From the IMG/VR virus record IMGVR_UViG_3300027804_000015, positions 1 through 37,257 of that record: DNA of 37,257 nucleotides, one strand, 5' to 3'. Below are positions 25,381 through 33,843 of this stretch, one piece after another; within the stretch, counting starts at the first letter, position 1, and each line of letters begins with the position of its first letter. Under the pieces are notes generated by a model that saw only the letters and a list, made by a program, of their open reading frames with translations, had not been told where the DNA came from and did no database searches. Both the position numbers and the translations under genes were made by a program. The DNA comes from a virus (lineage: Duplodnaviria; Caudoviricetes).

Positions 25381-27543
25381 ATGAAACCCCAACCTAAAGG
25401 AATTTCAGTGTCAACTATAACTGAAACACCCCTGCCAGATACATTCAGCCAGTCCCAGCAAGTGGCCTGCAAGATTGGCGCTGTCGCCCCTGATGCCGTC
25501 TTTTGTACCTTTGCCCTGCAAGGCAGCAAAAAAATCCCTTACAAGCGATCTGGCCAAGGCGTGGCACGGGATACAGACCCAAGCGATCTGTACAACGCTG
25601 AAGACATCTGGACCATGGAGCAAGCCCCACATGGTCAGTATCTTGGCCTTGTCCAGCAGCGCCCCATCATCAGCGCATCAGGGAACTTTCTGGTTTGCCT
25701 CGATGTCGATATGAAGCACGCATCAGGCCCAACCAATGTGGCCATCCAGCGCATGGCGAAATTCGTCAAGCAGCACAAGATGCTGACCGAGGTTTCTGTC
25801 TCAGGCCGTGGCCGTCATGTCTTTCTATGGGTCTCACCACCCAAAGAATCTGACCAAGTTTTACCGAAGTACAAGCTGGGCGGTGGTCAGGAACTGGAAG
25901 TATTTGGCCTACCAAACAGTGCAGGCAAGTCAGTGCTACTCAGTGGCAATGCGGTGGTCGGTGAATTCCAAGAGGCCGTGGACCTTTATGCCCTACTGCA
26001 AGACTGGGGCATCATCGAGCAGCACCAGCTGCAAGAGCCAAAGCCAGCACCACCAAGCCAGTCATTTGACTTCACCCAATTAGGTTCAAGGCTTGAAGAC
26101 AGCGATCTTGATCGTGCCGTCAAGGCTTTGCACCATATCAGCCCAGACTGCGACTATGACCAGTGGATTGAGCTGGGTCAAGCGCTGCACACTGAATTCG
26201 GAGAGGCTGGTCTTGGCCCATGGATGACATGGTCTATGGCTGGCGCCAAGTTTGCCGGCACAAAAGACATTGAGACCCACTGGAAGAGCTTTCATCAAGG
26301 CAAAGGTGTGGGGCTTGGAACACTCTTCAAGCACGCCAAGGACTGTGGCTATGAGCCGCCAACAAAGCAGACCGAGCGCAAGTCAGCGGTGGAAGACTTT
26401 GCCGCGGTGATTGCCCAAGCGCCAGTGGCCACCGATGCACCACAAGGCTGGCCAGAGCGCCAGCTATCCATTGGCCAGATCAAACCCATCCGCTACATGG
26501 TCAAAGGCTTCTGGGCGCATTCATTCATGGTGCTGGCCGGTCAGCCTGGCATCGGCAAGACCACGGCCATCATCAGTCTGTGCATGGTCATGGCCGGCTT
26601 ACAGGCCAAGGACTGTGAACTCACAGCCACTAAAAAGCGCAAAACAATCATCGTGACTGAAGACTCGGACCAAGTCGAAAGAACTCTGACCGGCTATGCG
26701 CGCCATTATGGGATTGATTCAAAAGCATTATCAGATTGGTTTGTCATCATCGATGCCAAGCGATCTAATGTGAAGGATTTACTCATGCTTGCACATAATG
26801 TAATAAACCACACTGTTGATAATGTCAGGCCATTATTGGTTTTAGACACGGCCAATGCCACTATGGATATTGATAATGAGAATGATAATAGCGAGGTAGG
26901 TGCATATATTGCAGCCTTAAAGCAGACCATCTATATCCAACTGGACACGCCAGTCTGCATCATTACCCATACCAACAAGACCATATCAAAGTCAGACTCA
27001 GATGCCACAGCCCGTGGAGCAAGCGCATTTACCGGCGATGCAACCCTCACCGGCATTCTGTTTGAAGATGAGACCAAGACCCGCTATATGCGCTTAGTCA
27101 AGACCCGCTACCAGCCCAACTTCAGAGAAATCAAGTTCCAGTCAGATGTCTTTGCCGACACAGTGCTGGATGAAGACGGGGATATCCAAGAGCAGATGGT
27201 GCTGCTTGTCGTTCCAGCCATGTCATCGGAAGAAGACCGAAGACAAGCAGCTGCTGACCGCCAAAGCGATAAGAAGCAGCAACAAGTCCAAGACATTTGT
27301 GACCAGGCTTGCAACTATGTCCAGTCCATCATCAACCAGCATGGTCAGGTCATTATGCGAAGAGGGCCAGGTCGCCCCATTGTCCCCAAAGAACTCCAAG
27401 GGATGCACCAGCTTGAGTGGCCAGCGATCTACTCATCAGTGCCACAAGCCAACCAAAGCTATTCAAGACGGGCAGTTGGCGCCGCCATATTCCAGCGCTT
27501 TGCACAGGACCATGAGGGCTTGGGGTGGGTGCAATTAAAGTAA
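25381..27543 (+). CDS. Primase-helicase (AEP/prim-pol N-terminus, PriCT-2, RecA-like AAA_25 helicase); start may be GTG 25408
   Basis: CLDVD and EVSVSGRGRH primase motifs; DYDQWIELGQAL...W.SF PriCT-2; GQPGIGKT Walker A; LVLDT; HTNK...ARGASA. Confidence 0.88.
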   Translation: MKPQPKGISVSTITETPLPDTFSQSQQVACKIGAVAPDAVFCTFALQGSKKIPYKRSGQGVARDTDPSDLYNAEDIWTMEQAPHGQYLGLVQQRPIISASGNFLVCLDVDMKHASGPTNVAIQRMAKFVKQHKMLTEVSVSGRGRHVFLWVSPPKESDQVLPKYKLGGGQELEVFGLPNSAGKSVLLSGNAVVGEFQEAVDLYALLQDWGIIEQHQLQEPKPAPPSQSFDFTQLGSRLEDSDLDRAVKALHHISPDCDYDQWIELGQALHTEFGEAGLGPWMTWSMAGAKFAGTKDIETHWKSFHQGKGVGLGTLFKHAKDCGYEPPTKQTERKSAVEDFAAVIAQAPVATDAPQGWPERQLSIGQIKPIRYMVKGFWAHSFMVLAGQPGIGKTTAIISLCMVMAGLQAKDCELTATKKRKTIIVTEDSDQVERTLTGYARHYGIDSKALSDWFVIIDAKRSNVKDLLMLAHNVINHTVDNVRPLLVLDTANATMDIDNENDNSEVGAYIAALKQTIYIQLDTPVCIITHTNKTISKSDSDATARGASAFTGDATLTGILFEDETKTRYMRLVKTRYQPNFREIKFQSDVFADTVLDEDGDIQEQMVLLVVPAMSSEEDRRQAAADRQSDKKQQQVQDICDQACNYVQSIINQHGQVIMRRGPGRPIVPKELQGMHQLEWPAIYSSVPQANQSYSRRAVGAAIFQRFAQDHEGLGWVQLK

Positions 27544-27695
27544 TGCGGTAATGCGGTAGTAATGCGGTAGTAATGCGGTATACCGGATTAGACAATGGCT
27601 GGGTCTTGTGGATTAAATGGGGTCTTTAGACCCATTTATCCACAGGCCAGTCTCGGTGTTTTGGCAGGGTACGAAAGTAATGCGGTAATGCGGTA
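27540..27695. repeat. GTAATGCG(GTA) iteron-like repeats (4 + 2 copies) flanking an inverted repeat; candidate origin
   Basis: Copies start at 27540, 27548, 27559, 27570, 27677 and 27685; hairpin at 27607-27644. Confidence 0.8.
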
Positions 27696-27787
27696 GATTT
27701 CCTTTGTCCATACCGGTTTACTTTTGACCCTTTTTGGAGAAAAGCAATGGTCCAACAAGTTGAGCAGTTATCCACAGGTTATCCACA
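27607..27787. promoter_or_regulatory. DnaA-box cluster 1
   Basis: TTATCCACA at 27636, 27768 and 27779; near match TGTGGATTA at 27607. Confidence 0.7.
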
Positions 27788-28091
27788 GTTAGAGAAATTC
27801 GTGGAAGATGAGCGCGTTTTCTGCCATCAGTGCAGTAAGGCGGTAGAAGTGGAGCAGCGTCAGTCCATGCCAGCGGAGCAGATGGAAAGGCACAGGAAGG
27901 TCAACGCCAAGCCACTGCGGTGGATGTTTGACCAGGCAAAGATTAGGAATGGATGGGCAACCATCACATGGTCCGAACACCAGTGCGGCCAAACCGGCCT
28001 CGCGGCATTCCCGACCGATGTCAAGCACCGATGCCCTTTGTTCCAAGCCAAACCCTCGGTTGTAGAATCCGAGGAATGGTGGTTGACTTAA
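27747..28091 (+). CDS. Cys-containing hypothetical protein (possible Zn-binding)
   Basis: GGAGA RBS; CHQC...C...HRC. Confidence 0.65.
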   Translation: MVQQVEQLSTGYPQLEKFVEDERVFCHQCSKAVEVEQRQSMPAEQMERHRKVNAKPLRWMFDQAKIRNGWATITWSEHQCGQTGLAAFPTDVKHRCPLFQAKPSVVESEEWWLT

Positions 28092-28474
28092 AACGCAAGA
28101 GAAAAAGCATTGAACACATTGACCAGGTCAAGGTGGTGCAACACTTTCGAGCGTTCTATCCGGACATCATCATTGCGGCAATACCGAATGGAGGCGATAG
28201 AAGCGCCTCAGAGCGCGTTAGATTGCATAGTGAAGGGGTATTGGCAGGGATGCCTGATCTTTGCGTTCTGGAGGCTAAAAACGGGTTTCATGCGCTATTT
28301 GTGGAAATGAAGACCAAGGCCGGTGTGGTCTCAGCAAAACAAAGCGCTGTGGGTTTGCAGTTAAATGCAAAAGGGTATCGGTCAGTGGTCGCCAGATCAG
28401 CTGCCGAAGCAATCAAAACAATTGAGGAGTATCTGAATGGCAACAGCAAAGAAGAGCGCAAAGACATTGAGTGA
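28076..28474 (+). CDS. VRR-NUC domain nuclease
   Basis: AIPNGG, GVLAGMPDL, LFVEMKT...S..Q motifs. Confidence 0.85.
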   Translation: MVVDLKRKRKSIEHIDQVKVVQHFRAFYPDIIIAAIPNGGDRSASERVRLHSEGVLAGMPDLCVLEAKNGFHALFVEMKTKAGVVSAKQSAVGLQLNAKGYRSVVARSAAEAIKTIEEYLNGNSKEERKDIE

Positions 28475-28940
28475 ACTGGCTGACAACATTGCAGAGCGCC
28501 AGCTTACGCTGCGTGACCAAGCTGCAATCGAGCGCAAAGAGATGTCAGGAATCAATAAGAAAATCCACGCCTTTGGCGGTGAGGCTATGCTCTTTGACCA
28601 TATCTCACAAGGGAAAACAACCGATTCAGTGATTAAGTCTCTGGACATCAGCATCGGTGGTTTCTACAAATGGATCGAAAAAGATGCGAAGCGGGGAGAA
28701 CTCCTCGCACGCGCACGCACGCGAGGTGGTCGAAGTTTAGCAGAGCAGACCCTCGAAATTGCAGACACGGCCACGCCTCAAGAGGCGCAAGTGGCCAAGC
28801 TGAGAGTGGACACAAGGCGCTGGCTGGCCTCAAAGCAGGCTCCAGACGAGTATGGCGACAAGCAGCAACCACTGGTCAACATCGACCTTGGAAGCATGGC
28901 CCTCGATGCATTACGCAAGCGCAGCGTGTCAATCGAGTAA
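28437..28940 (+). CDS. terS: Terminase small subunit (Sf6-like)
   Basis: N-terminal HTH-like region and AKLRVDTRRWLASKQAPDEYGDK motif; upstream of terL. Confidence 0.8.
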   Translation: MATAKKSAKTLSELADNIAERQLTLRDQAAIERKEMSGINKKIHAFGGEAMLFDHISQGKTTDSVIKSLDISIGGFYKWIEKDAKRGELLARARTRGGRSLAEQTLEIADTATPQEAQVAKLRVDTRRWLASKQAPDEYGDKQQPLVNIDLGSMALDALRKRSVSIE

Positions 28941-28987
28941 ATGAATACCGAAGCATTCAGTCACTTTATACAACGACCATTATGTTA

Positions 28988-29088
28988 AGTGGATAAGTCG
29001 TTATCCACAGAATTAAGTGCATTAAAGTATTACATCAAGGGTTATGCACAGGAATCTGTGGATAAGGTTGGCCAAAAAGCGTGGATAA
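28988..29088. promoter_or_regulatory. DnaA-box cluster 2
   Basis: TTATCCACA 29001, TTATGCACA 29042, TGTGGATAA 29057; one-mismatch AGTGGATAA 28988 and CGTGGATAA 29080. Confidence 0.7.
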
Positions 29089-29266
29089 GTCGGTGGTGGC
29101 CAGCTGGCGGTCGGTGGCCGCGACCCCCCCCATGGCCGGATTGGCGGGGGCGACTGTGGCGGCACTAAACACCTACAAAAAAAATTTTTTAAAAAATAAA
29201 AATCTAACTTACCAAACAAGTCAAATTGTGCAAAAATGTCAACTCCACAAACAACGGGGTAAACGA

Positions 29267-29431
29267 ATGAAATCAAAGCAGGCGACAGTGGTGATCAAGG
29301 GCCAGGAGTGGATCGTCTTAGACACTGATGAGTCCAGAGACAAAAAAATCTTCTGCAAGCTAATGAGCTTGGATGGCACAATTGTCTGGCACACTTGGGT
29401 GGACATTAACCAGATCGTGGGGGTAATATGA
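29267..29431 (+). CDS. Hypothetical protein, 54 aa
   Basis: MKSKQATVVIKGQEWIVLD... with GGGG upstream and an ATGA overlap with the next ORF. Confidence 0.55.
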   Translation: MKSKQATVVIKGQEWIVLDTDESRDKKIFCKLMSLDGTIVWHTWVDINQIVGVI

Positions 29432-29589
29432 ATATTGTGTTATTAACTAAAGTCAGGCAGTTATTCAATGTCGATTATGTGCCGCGTAGCACGAATAGAC
29501 ATAATCAGCGCCAATATATTAAGGCATTGAGATTATTAGGTGATAAGTGGTTAACGCACCCACATAATCAGATTCAGAAAATACAGTGA
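29428..29589 (+). CDS. Hypothetical protein, 53 aa
   Basis: MNIVLLTKVRQLFNVDYVPRSTNRHNQRQYIKALRLLGDKWL...; absent from the ORF track. Confidence 0.55.
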   Translation: MNIVLLTKVRQLFNVDYVPRSTNRHNQRQYIKALRLLGDKWLTHPHNQIQKIQ

Positions 29590-29665
29590 TTATATTGAAT
29601 ATAGTTTATTCGATATTGGCATTTAATGTGCTGGTGCTTATTTGGGGAATATGGAAATGGTATCG

Positions 29666-29862
29666 TGAAGAGTAATTTTGTAAATAACCATATTCGGCTC
29701 AATGGGAACTGCCATGGTCACAAATTACAGCTTTGTAATAAATGCGCTGTGATGAAGCCACCGGAGGGTGGGGTGGAGATGAGTGCGACCAGGTGGTTGT
29801 GTGCATCATGCTGGACCAATAGGATCACTGGCCAGAACTTAAAGCAAGCGAGGATGACATGA
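29666..29862 (+). CDS. Small zinc-finger protein (start uncertain)
   Basis: CNKC...CASC pairs. Confidence 0.55.
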
Positions 29863-30062
29863 CTGATTTGTTGACAGCGATGCATTTGTCGGTGATGTTG
29901 CTGGATTTGAAGATTCGCATGATGGAGGCGATCAATGAGGATCGGTTTGATTTGGCGATGACGTATCACTTGCTGATACTGGTCAGGACTGATGAGCTAG
30001 ATGCGCACAAGTGGGCGATGAGTCCTGGGGCGTGGAAGATTTATGAGACGATCCATCCATGA
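29859..30062 (+). CDS. Hypothetical protein
   Basis: 67 aa, GAGGA RBS, ATGA-coupled to terL. Confidence 0.6.
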   Translation: MTDLLTAMHLSVMLLDLKIRMMEAINEDRFDLAMTYHLLILVRTDELDAHKWAMSPGAWKIYETIHP

Positions 30063-31465
30063 AAGAAAATGTTTTTAGCCAGTGGGTGGAGAGGTATCAG
30101 CCTGATCCGGTCTTGTTTGTGCAAGAGGTGCTGGGGGTTGATCCTGACAAGTGGCAGATTGAGTTTTTGAAGGCCATTGCCCGTGGGGATAGGAAGATAT
30201 CTGTGAGAAGTGGCCACGGGGTGGGAAAGAGTACAGCAAGCAGCTGGGCCATGCTCTGGTACTTTATGACTCGGAGTCCGGTCAAGGTGGTGGTGACTGC
30301 ACCGACAAGCTCTCAGCTTTATGACGCGATGTTTGCAGAGCTAAAGAGGTGGATCAATTCGATGCCTTTGCCCTTGCAGGGGTTGCTCACTGTCAAGCAA
30401 GAGAGGATTGAATTCAATGCTGCACCGACTGAGATGTTTATCTCGGCTAGGACATCGAGGGCCGAGCAGCCAGAGGCTTTGCAGGGAATTCACTCGGAGA
30501 ATGTGATGCTGGTGGCCGATGAGGCATCGGGTGTGCCAGAGCAAGTGTTCGAGGCGGCAGCTGGATCGATGTCTGGCCACAATGCGGTGACGCTGCTGCT
30601 GGGCAATCCGGTGAGAAGCTCTGGATTCTTTTACGACACCCACACGCGCCTGGCAGATGAGTGGACCACATTCCAAGTGAGCTGTCTCGATAGCCCAAGG
30701 GTGTCGGATGAGTACGTCAAAGAGATGGCCATGCGCTATGGCGAGGAAAGCAACGTCTACCGGATTCGCGTGGTCGGTGAGTTTCCCAAGGGCGATGACG
30801 ACACTGTGATTGCCATGGACTTGCTGGAAAGTGCATTGAATCGGGATGTGGCGCCAAGCGAGTACGCGCCCATGATCTGGGGCTTGGATGTGGCAAGGTT
30901 TGGCTCAGACCGAAGCGCCCTATGCAAGCGCCAAGGCAATGCGGTGACTGAGAACATCAAGACTTGGAAGAATCTGGACCTGATGCAACTGACTGGTGCG
31001 GTGGTAGCCGAGTATCAGGCGCTGCCACCAAGCCAGCAACCCAAGGAAATACTGGTCGATTCGATTGGATTAGGTGCTGGGGTGGTGGACCGCTTAAGAG
31101 AGCTGGGCCTGCCGGCCAGAGGCATCAACGTGTCCGAGTCCCCAGCCATGGGTGGAACTTACAGGAATCTGAAAGCAGAACTTTGGTATCGGGCCAGAGC
31201 CTGGCTTGAGGCGCGGGACTGCAAGATGCCACGGGATGATGTCTTGATCAATGAGCTGGCCACAGTGCGGTACTCATTTACCAGCAATGGCAAGATTGCC
31301 ATTGAGGGAAAAGACGAGATCAAGCGAAGGGGGTTGCCAAGCCCTGACAAGGCCGATGCCTTTGTCCTGACATTTGCCAGTGATGCGGTCATGGGAATGT
31401 ATGGCAGCACTGGCTCAAGCAAGTGGTCCCAACCCCTGCGCAGAAATCTATCTAGGGTTGCATAA
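30059..31465 (+). CDS. terL: Terminase large subunit
   Basis: RSGHGVGKS Walker A, LVADEA Walker B, LGNP motif III, GLDVARFGSD and SPDKADA nuclease motifs. Confidence 0.95.
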   Translation: MKENVFSQWVERYQPDPVLFVQEVLGVDPDKWQIEFLKAIARGDRKISVRSGHGVGKSTASSWAMLWYFMTRSPVKVVVTAPTSSQLYDAMFAELKRWINSMPLPLQGLLTVKQERIEFNAAPTEMFISARTSRAEQPEALQGIHSENVMLVADEASGVPEQVFEAAAGSMSGHNAVTLLLGNPVRSSGFFYDTHTRLADEWTTFQVSCLDSPRVSDEYVKEMAMRYGEESNVYRIRVVGEFPKGDDDTVIAMDLLESALNRDVAPSEYAPMIWGLDVARFGSDRSALCKRQGNAVTENIKTWKNLDLMQLTGAVVAEYQALPPSQQPKEILVDSIGLGAGVVDRLRELGLPARGINVSESPAMGGTYRNLKAELWYRARAWLEARDCKMPRDDVLINELATVRYSFTSNGKIAIEGKDEIKRRGLPSPDKADAFVLTFASDAVMGMYGSTGSSKWSQPLRRNLSRVA

Positions 31466-31478
31466 TTGATGCCAGAAA

Positions 31479-31513
31479 AGCTGGGCGAAAAAATTCCGCC
31501 CAACTATTTTTTT
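31479..31513 (+). terminator. Possible terminator after terL
   Basis: tgggcg...cgccca stem followed by a T-tract. Confidence 0.4.
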
Positions 31514-31530
31514 CAACCAGGAGAATATCC

Positions 31531-31713
31531 ATGATGACCAAAGCGCAAAAGAAAGTTGGTAAGGTGATGGGAGAATACAAGGCTGGCAAGCTCCACAGTG
31601 GTGGCACTGGCAAAATTGTTAAGAATCCTAAACAGGCAATTGCCATTGCAATGTCTGAGGCGAAGATGCCCATGCGCGGTCAGCGCACGGCAAAGAACAA
31701 GGCGAAAAAATAA
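31531..31713 (+). CDS. Small basic protein (DUF6496-like)
   Basis: KVGKVMGEYKAGKLHSG...NPKQAIAIAMSEA; AGGAG RBS. Confidence 0.75.
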   Translation: MMTKAQKKVGKVMGEYKAGKLHSGGTGKIVKNPKQAIAIAMSEAKMPMRGQRTAKNKAKK

Positions 31714-32201
31714 TGGCTACTTTAAAACGCACCATGGACCAGGTCATGGATAGAGAAGAGGGCGAAGACATGGAGGGCGGTGAGAACTGCCCATTGCCCA
31801 CGCAAGACATTACCCTCAACCTAAAAAACCGCGCCAAGGCAATCACCAGCGCGGCCTATGGTCCTGAGAATCCCAAGCTGCCCAATGAGGCTTTTTGGCG
31901 CAAGAAGGCTGACCAGTGGGATGTCAGCATGGATGACGCAAAGCAGTCTCTGTGCGGCAACTGCGCGGCATTCAACGTGTCTGACAACATCAAGCAGTGC
32001 ATTGCCCAAGGCATTGGCATGGAAGCAGACCCATGGGGAACGATCAAGTTGGCCGACCTTGGCTATTGTGAGATTTTCGACTTTAAGTGTGCAGCCAGCA
32101 GAACGTGCGATGCATGGGTGGTGGGTGGCCCGAACACTGGCGAGCAAGAGGGTGAAGAGATGGAAGAGGGCGAAGACTATGAAGAGGGAGAAGAGGAATG
32201 A
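31713..32201 (+). CDS. Acidic Cys-rich protein
   Basis: CGNC...YC...KC....C motif and a Glu-rich tail. Confidence 0.7.
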   Translation: MATLKRTMDQVMDREEGEDMEGGENCPLPTQDITLNLKNRAKAITSAAYGPENPKLPNEAFWRKKADQWDVSMDDAKQSLCGNCAAFNVSDNIKQCIAQGIGMEADPWGTIKLADLGYCEIFDFKCAASRTCDAWVVGGPNTGEQEGEEMEEGEDYEEGEEE

Positions 32202-32350
32202 AAGGGTTATATGCAAACATTCATGCAAAACGCGAAAGAATTGCTGCTGGCAGCAAAGAGAAAATGCGCAAGCCTGGGGCTAAAGGCGCGCCAAGTGCTG
32301 CTGACTTCAAAGCAGCGGCTAAAACCGCCAAGCCAGTGAAAAAGAAATGA
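32198..32350 (+). CDS. 50-aa basic protein
   Basis: MKGLYANIHAKRERIAAGSKEKMRKPGAKGAPSAADFKAAAKTAKPVKKK; ATGA overlaps; absent from the ORF track. Confidence 0.75.
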   Translation: MKGLYANIHAKRERIAAGSKEKMRKPGAKGAPSAADFKAAAKTAKPVKKK

Positions 32351-32643
32351 AGACCCCAGCTTGGCAGCGTAAAGAGGGCAAAAGCCCGTCTGGTGGCTTA
32401 AATGCCAAGGGTCGTGCTAGTGCCAAGGCCGAGGGGATGAACCTCAAAGCGCCAGTCAAGGCTGGCGATAACCCAAGACGCGCCAGCTTCTTGGCGCGGA
32501 TGGGCAATATGCCTGGTCCTGAGTACAAAGCAGGCGAGCCGACTAGGCTTCTGCTGAGTCTGAAGGCATGGGGCGCAAGCTCCAAGGCCGATGCCAAAGC
32601 CAAGGCGGCTGCGATCAGTGCCAGAAACAAGGCGAAGAAATGA
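32347..32643 (+). CDS. Small basic protein (DUF6321-like)
   Basis: AWQRKEGKSPSGGLNAKGRAS...RRASFLARM motif. Confidence 0.75.
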   Translation: MKTPAWQRKEGKSPSGGLNAKGRASAKAEGMNLKAPVKAGDNPRRASFLARMGNMPGPEYKAGEPTRLLLSLKAWGASSKADAKAKAAAISARNKAKK

Positions 32644-33335
32644 TTTGTCCAATTGTCATTGCCACTGTCAAGGGCCATGGTCTGGCGGTGTTGCTGGAGT
32701 CAATCCGGCAGTACGCGCCAGAGTGTCCAGTCTATCTGCGCGGCCCAGAGTCGGTGATTGAGAATTTCCAAGCTGACTTCAAGATTTATGGCCAGCCAAG
32801 GAACTTTGGCGAGGACTACAACGAAATCATTGAGGCGGCCATGAAAGACTGGTCATCATGCATTGTGGCCAATGATGATGTGGTGCTGACCCCCACCAGC
32901 GTGAAGGTGCTGATGGAAGATGTGGCCATTGTCAGGACCATGAACAGCTACAAAGCTGGATGGGTCGCTGCCAGGTGCGATGCGGCCCGACCTTGTCAAA
33001 ATGTGCGCATCACTGACCAGCCAGAGAAGCTGCATTTCTACAAATTCCCGTCTGAGTCCCACATCAAAATGGCCCAAGAGGTCAGCCCAATCTTTGCATG
33101 GATATCAAGTGATGCATTTGAAGAGGCAAAGTTTCCTCCTCTGAATTGGTACAGTGACGATGTGCATTGTATGGACTTAATCCAAAAAGGCTATGGCCAT
33201 TATGTGAGTGCCAGTTATGTCCACCACATTGGCTCAAACACCATTGGCATGAATGCGCAAAAGCTCCATGAGGATGCGCTGCCATGGCTCAGAGAAAATC
33301 GGCCAAATTATGCGAGTGCCTGGTTTGATTCTTAA
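32640..33335 (+). CDS. GT2-like glycosyltransferase
   Basis: IVIAT strand, NFGEDYN, IVANDDV DxD-like motif, WYSDD, YVHHIGS. Confidence 0.7.
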   Translation: MICPIVIATVKGHGLAVLLESIRQYAPECPVYLRGPESVIENFQADFKIYGQPRNFGEDYNEIIEAAMKDWSSCIVANDDVVLTPTSVKVLMEDVAIVRTMNSYKAGWVAARCDAARPCQNVRITDQPEKLHFYKFPSESHIKMAQEVSPIFAWISSDAFEEAKFPPLNWYSDDVHCMDLIQKGYGHYVSASYVHHIGSNTIGMNAQKLHEDALPWLRENRPNYASAWFDS

Positions 33336-33843
33336 CTTAGGGTCTGGCAAAGACTGGTGCGCTGAGTATCTCAATGCAGATATACAGGCCAGCAAGAATC
33401 CTGACTGGCTGGTGGATATCAGCAAAGTCAAATGGGGCGACACGCTAGAGACTAGGTTTGGGCAACTGGAGATCGTGCCAGGAATGTTTGAAGTGATTCT
33501 GGCCAATGATGTGCTGGAACACATCCCCAACCTGGTCGATGCCATGACCAACTGCAAAGAGCTGCTGAAGGTGGGCGGCCAGATGCGCATCCATGTGCCT
33601 TATGACCTGAGTCTTGGCGCTTGGCAAGACCCAACCCATGTCAGGGCATTTAACGAAAATTCTTGGAAGTATTACACCGAGTGGCACTGGTACTTGGGCT
33701 GGCCAGATCGGTTTGAGCTGACAACACTGGAAATGCGTCTCTCAAAGGTGGGAGAAGCACTAGAATTGCCACAAGACGAAATTATCCGCACCCCAAGGGC
33801 TGTGGACTCCATGTATGTGGTTCTTACAAAGGTCAAGCCATGA
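33310..33843 (+). CDS. Class I SAM-dependent methyltransferase
   Basis: LNLGSG motif I, NADI, DVLEHI, LLKVGG, DPTHVR. Confidence 0.8.
   Translation: MRVPGLILNLGSGKDWCAEYLNADIQASKNPDWLVDISKVKWGDTLETRFGQLEIVPGMFEVILANDVLEHIPNLVDAMTNCKELLKVGGQMRIHVPYDLSLGAWQDPTHVRAFNENSWKYYTEWHWYLGWPDRFELTTLEMRLSKVGEALELPQDEIIRTPRAVDSMYVVLTKVKP

Noticed and set aside
29081-29266. N-terminal extension of ORF 29081-29431
   Set aside because: It runs through a DnaA box, the GC stem and the A/T tract; ATG 29267 is the more plausible start.
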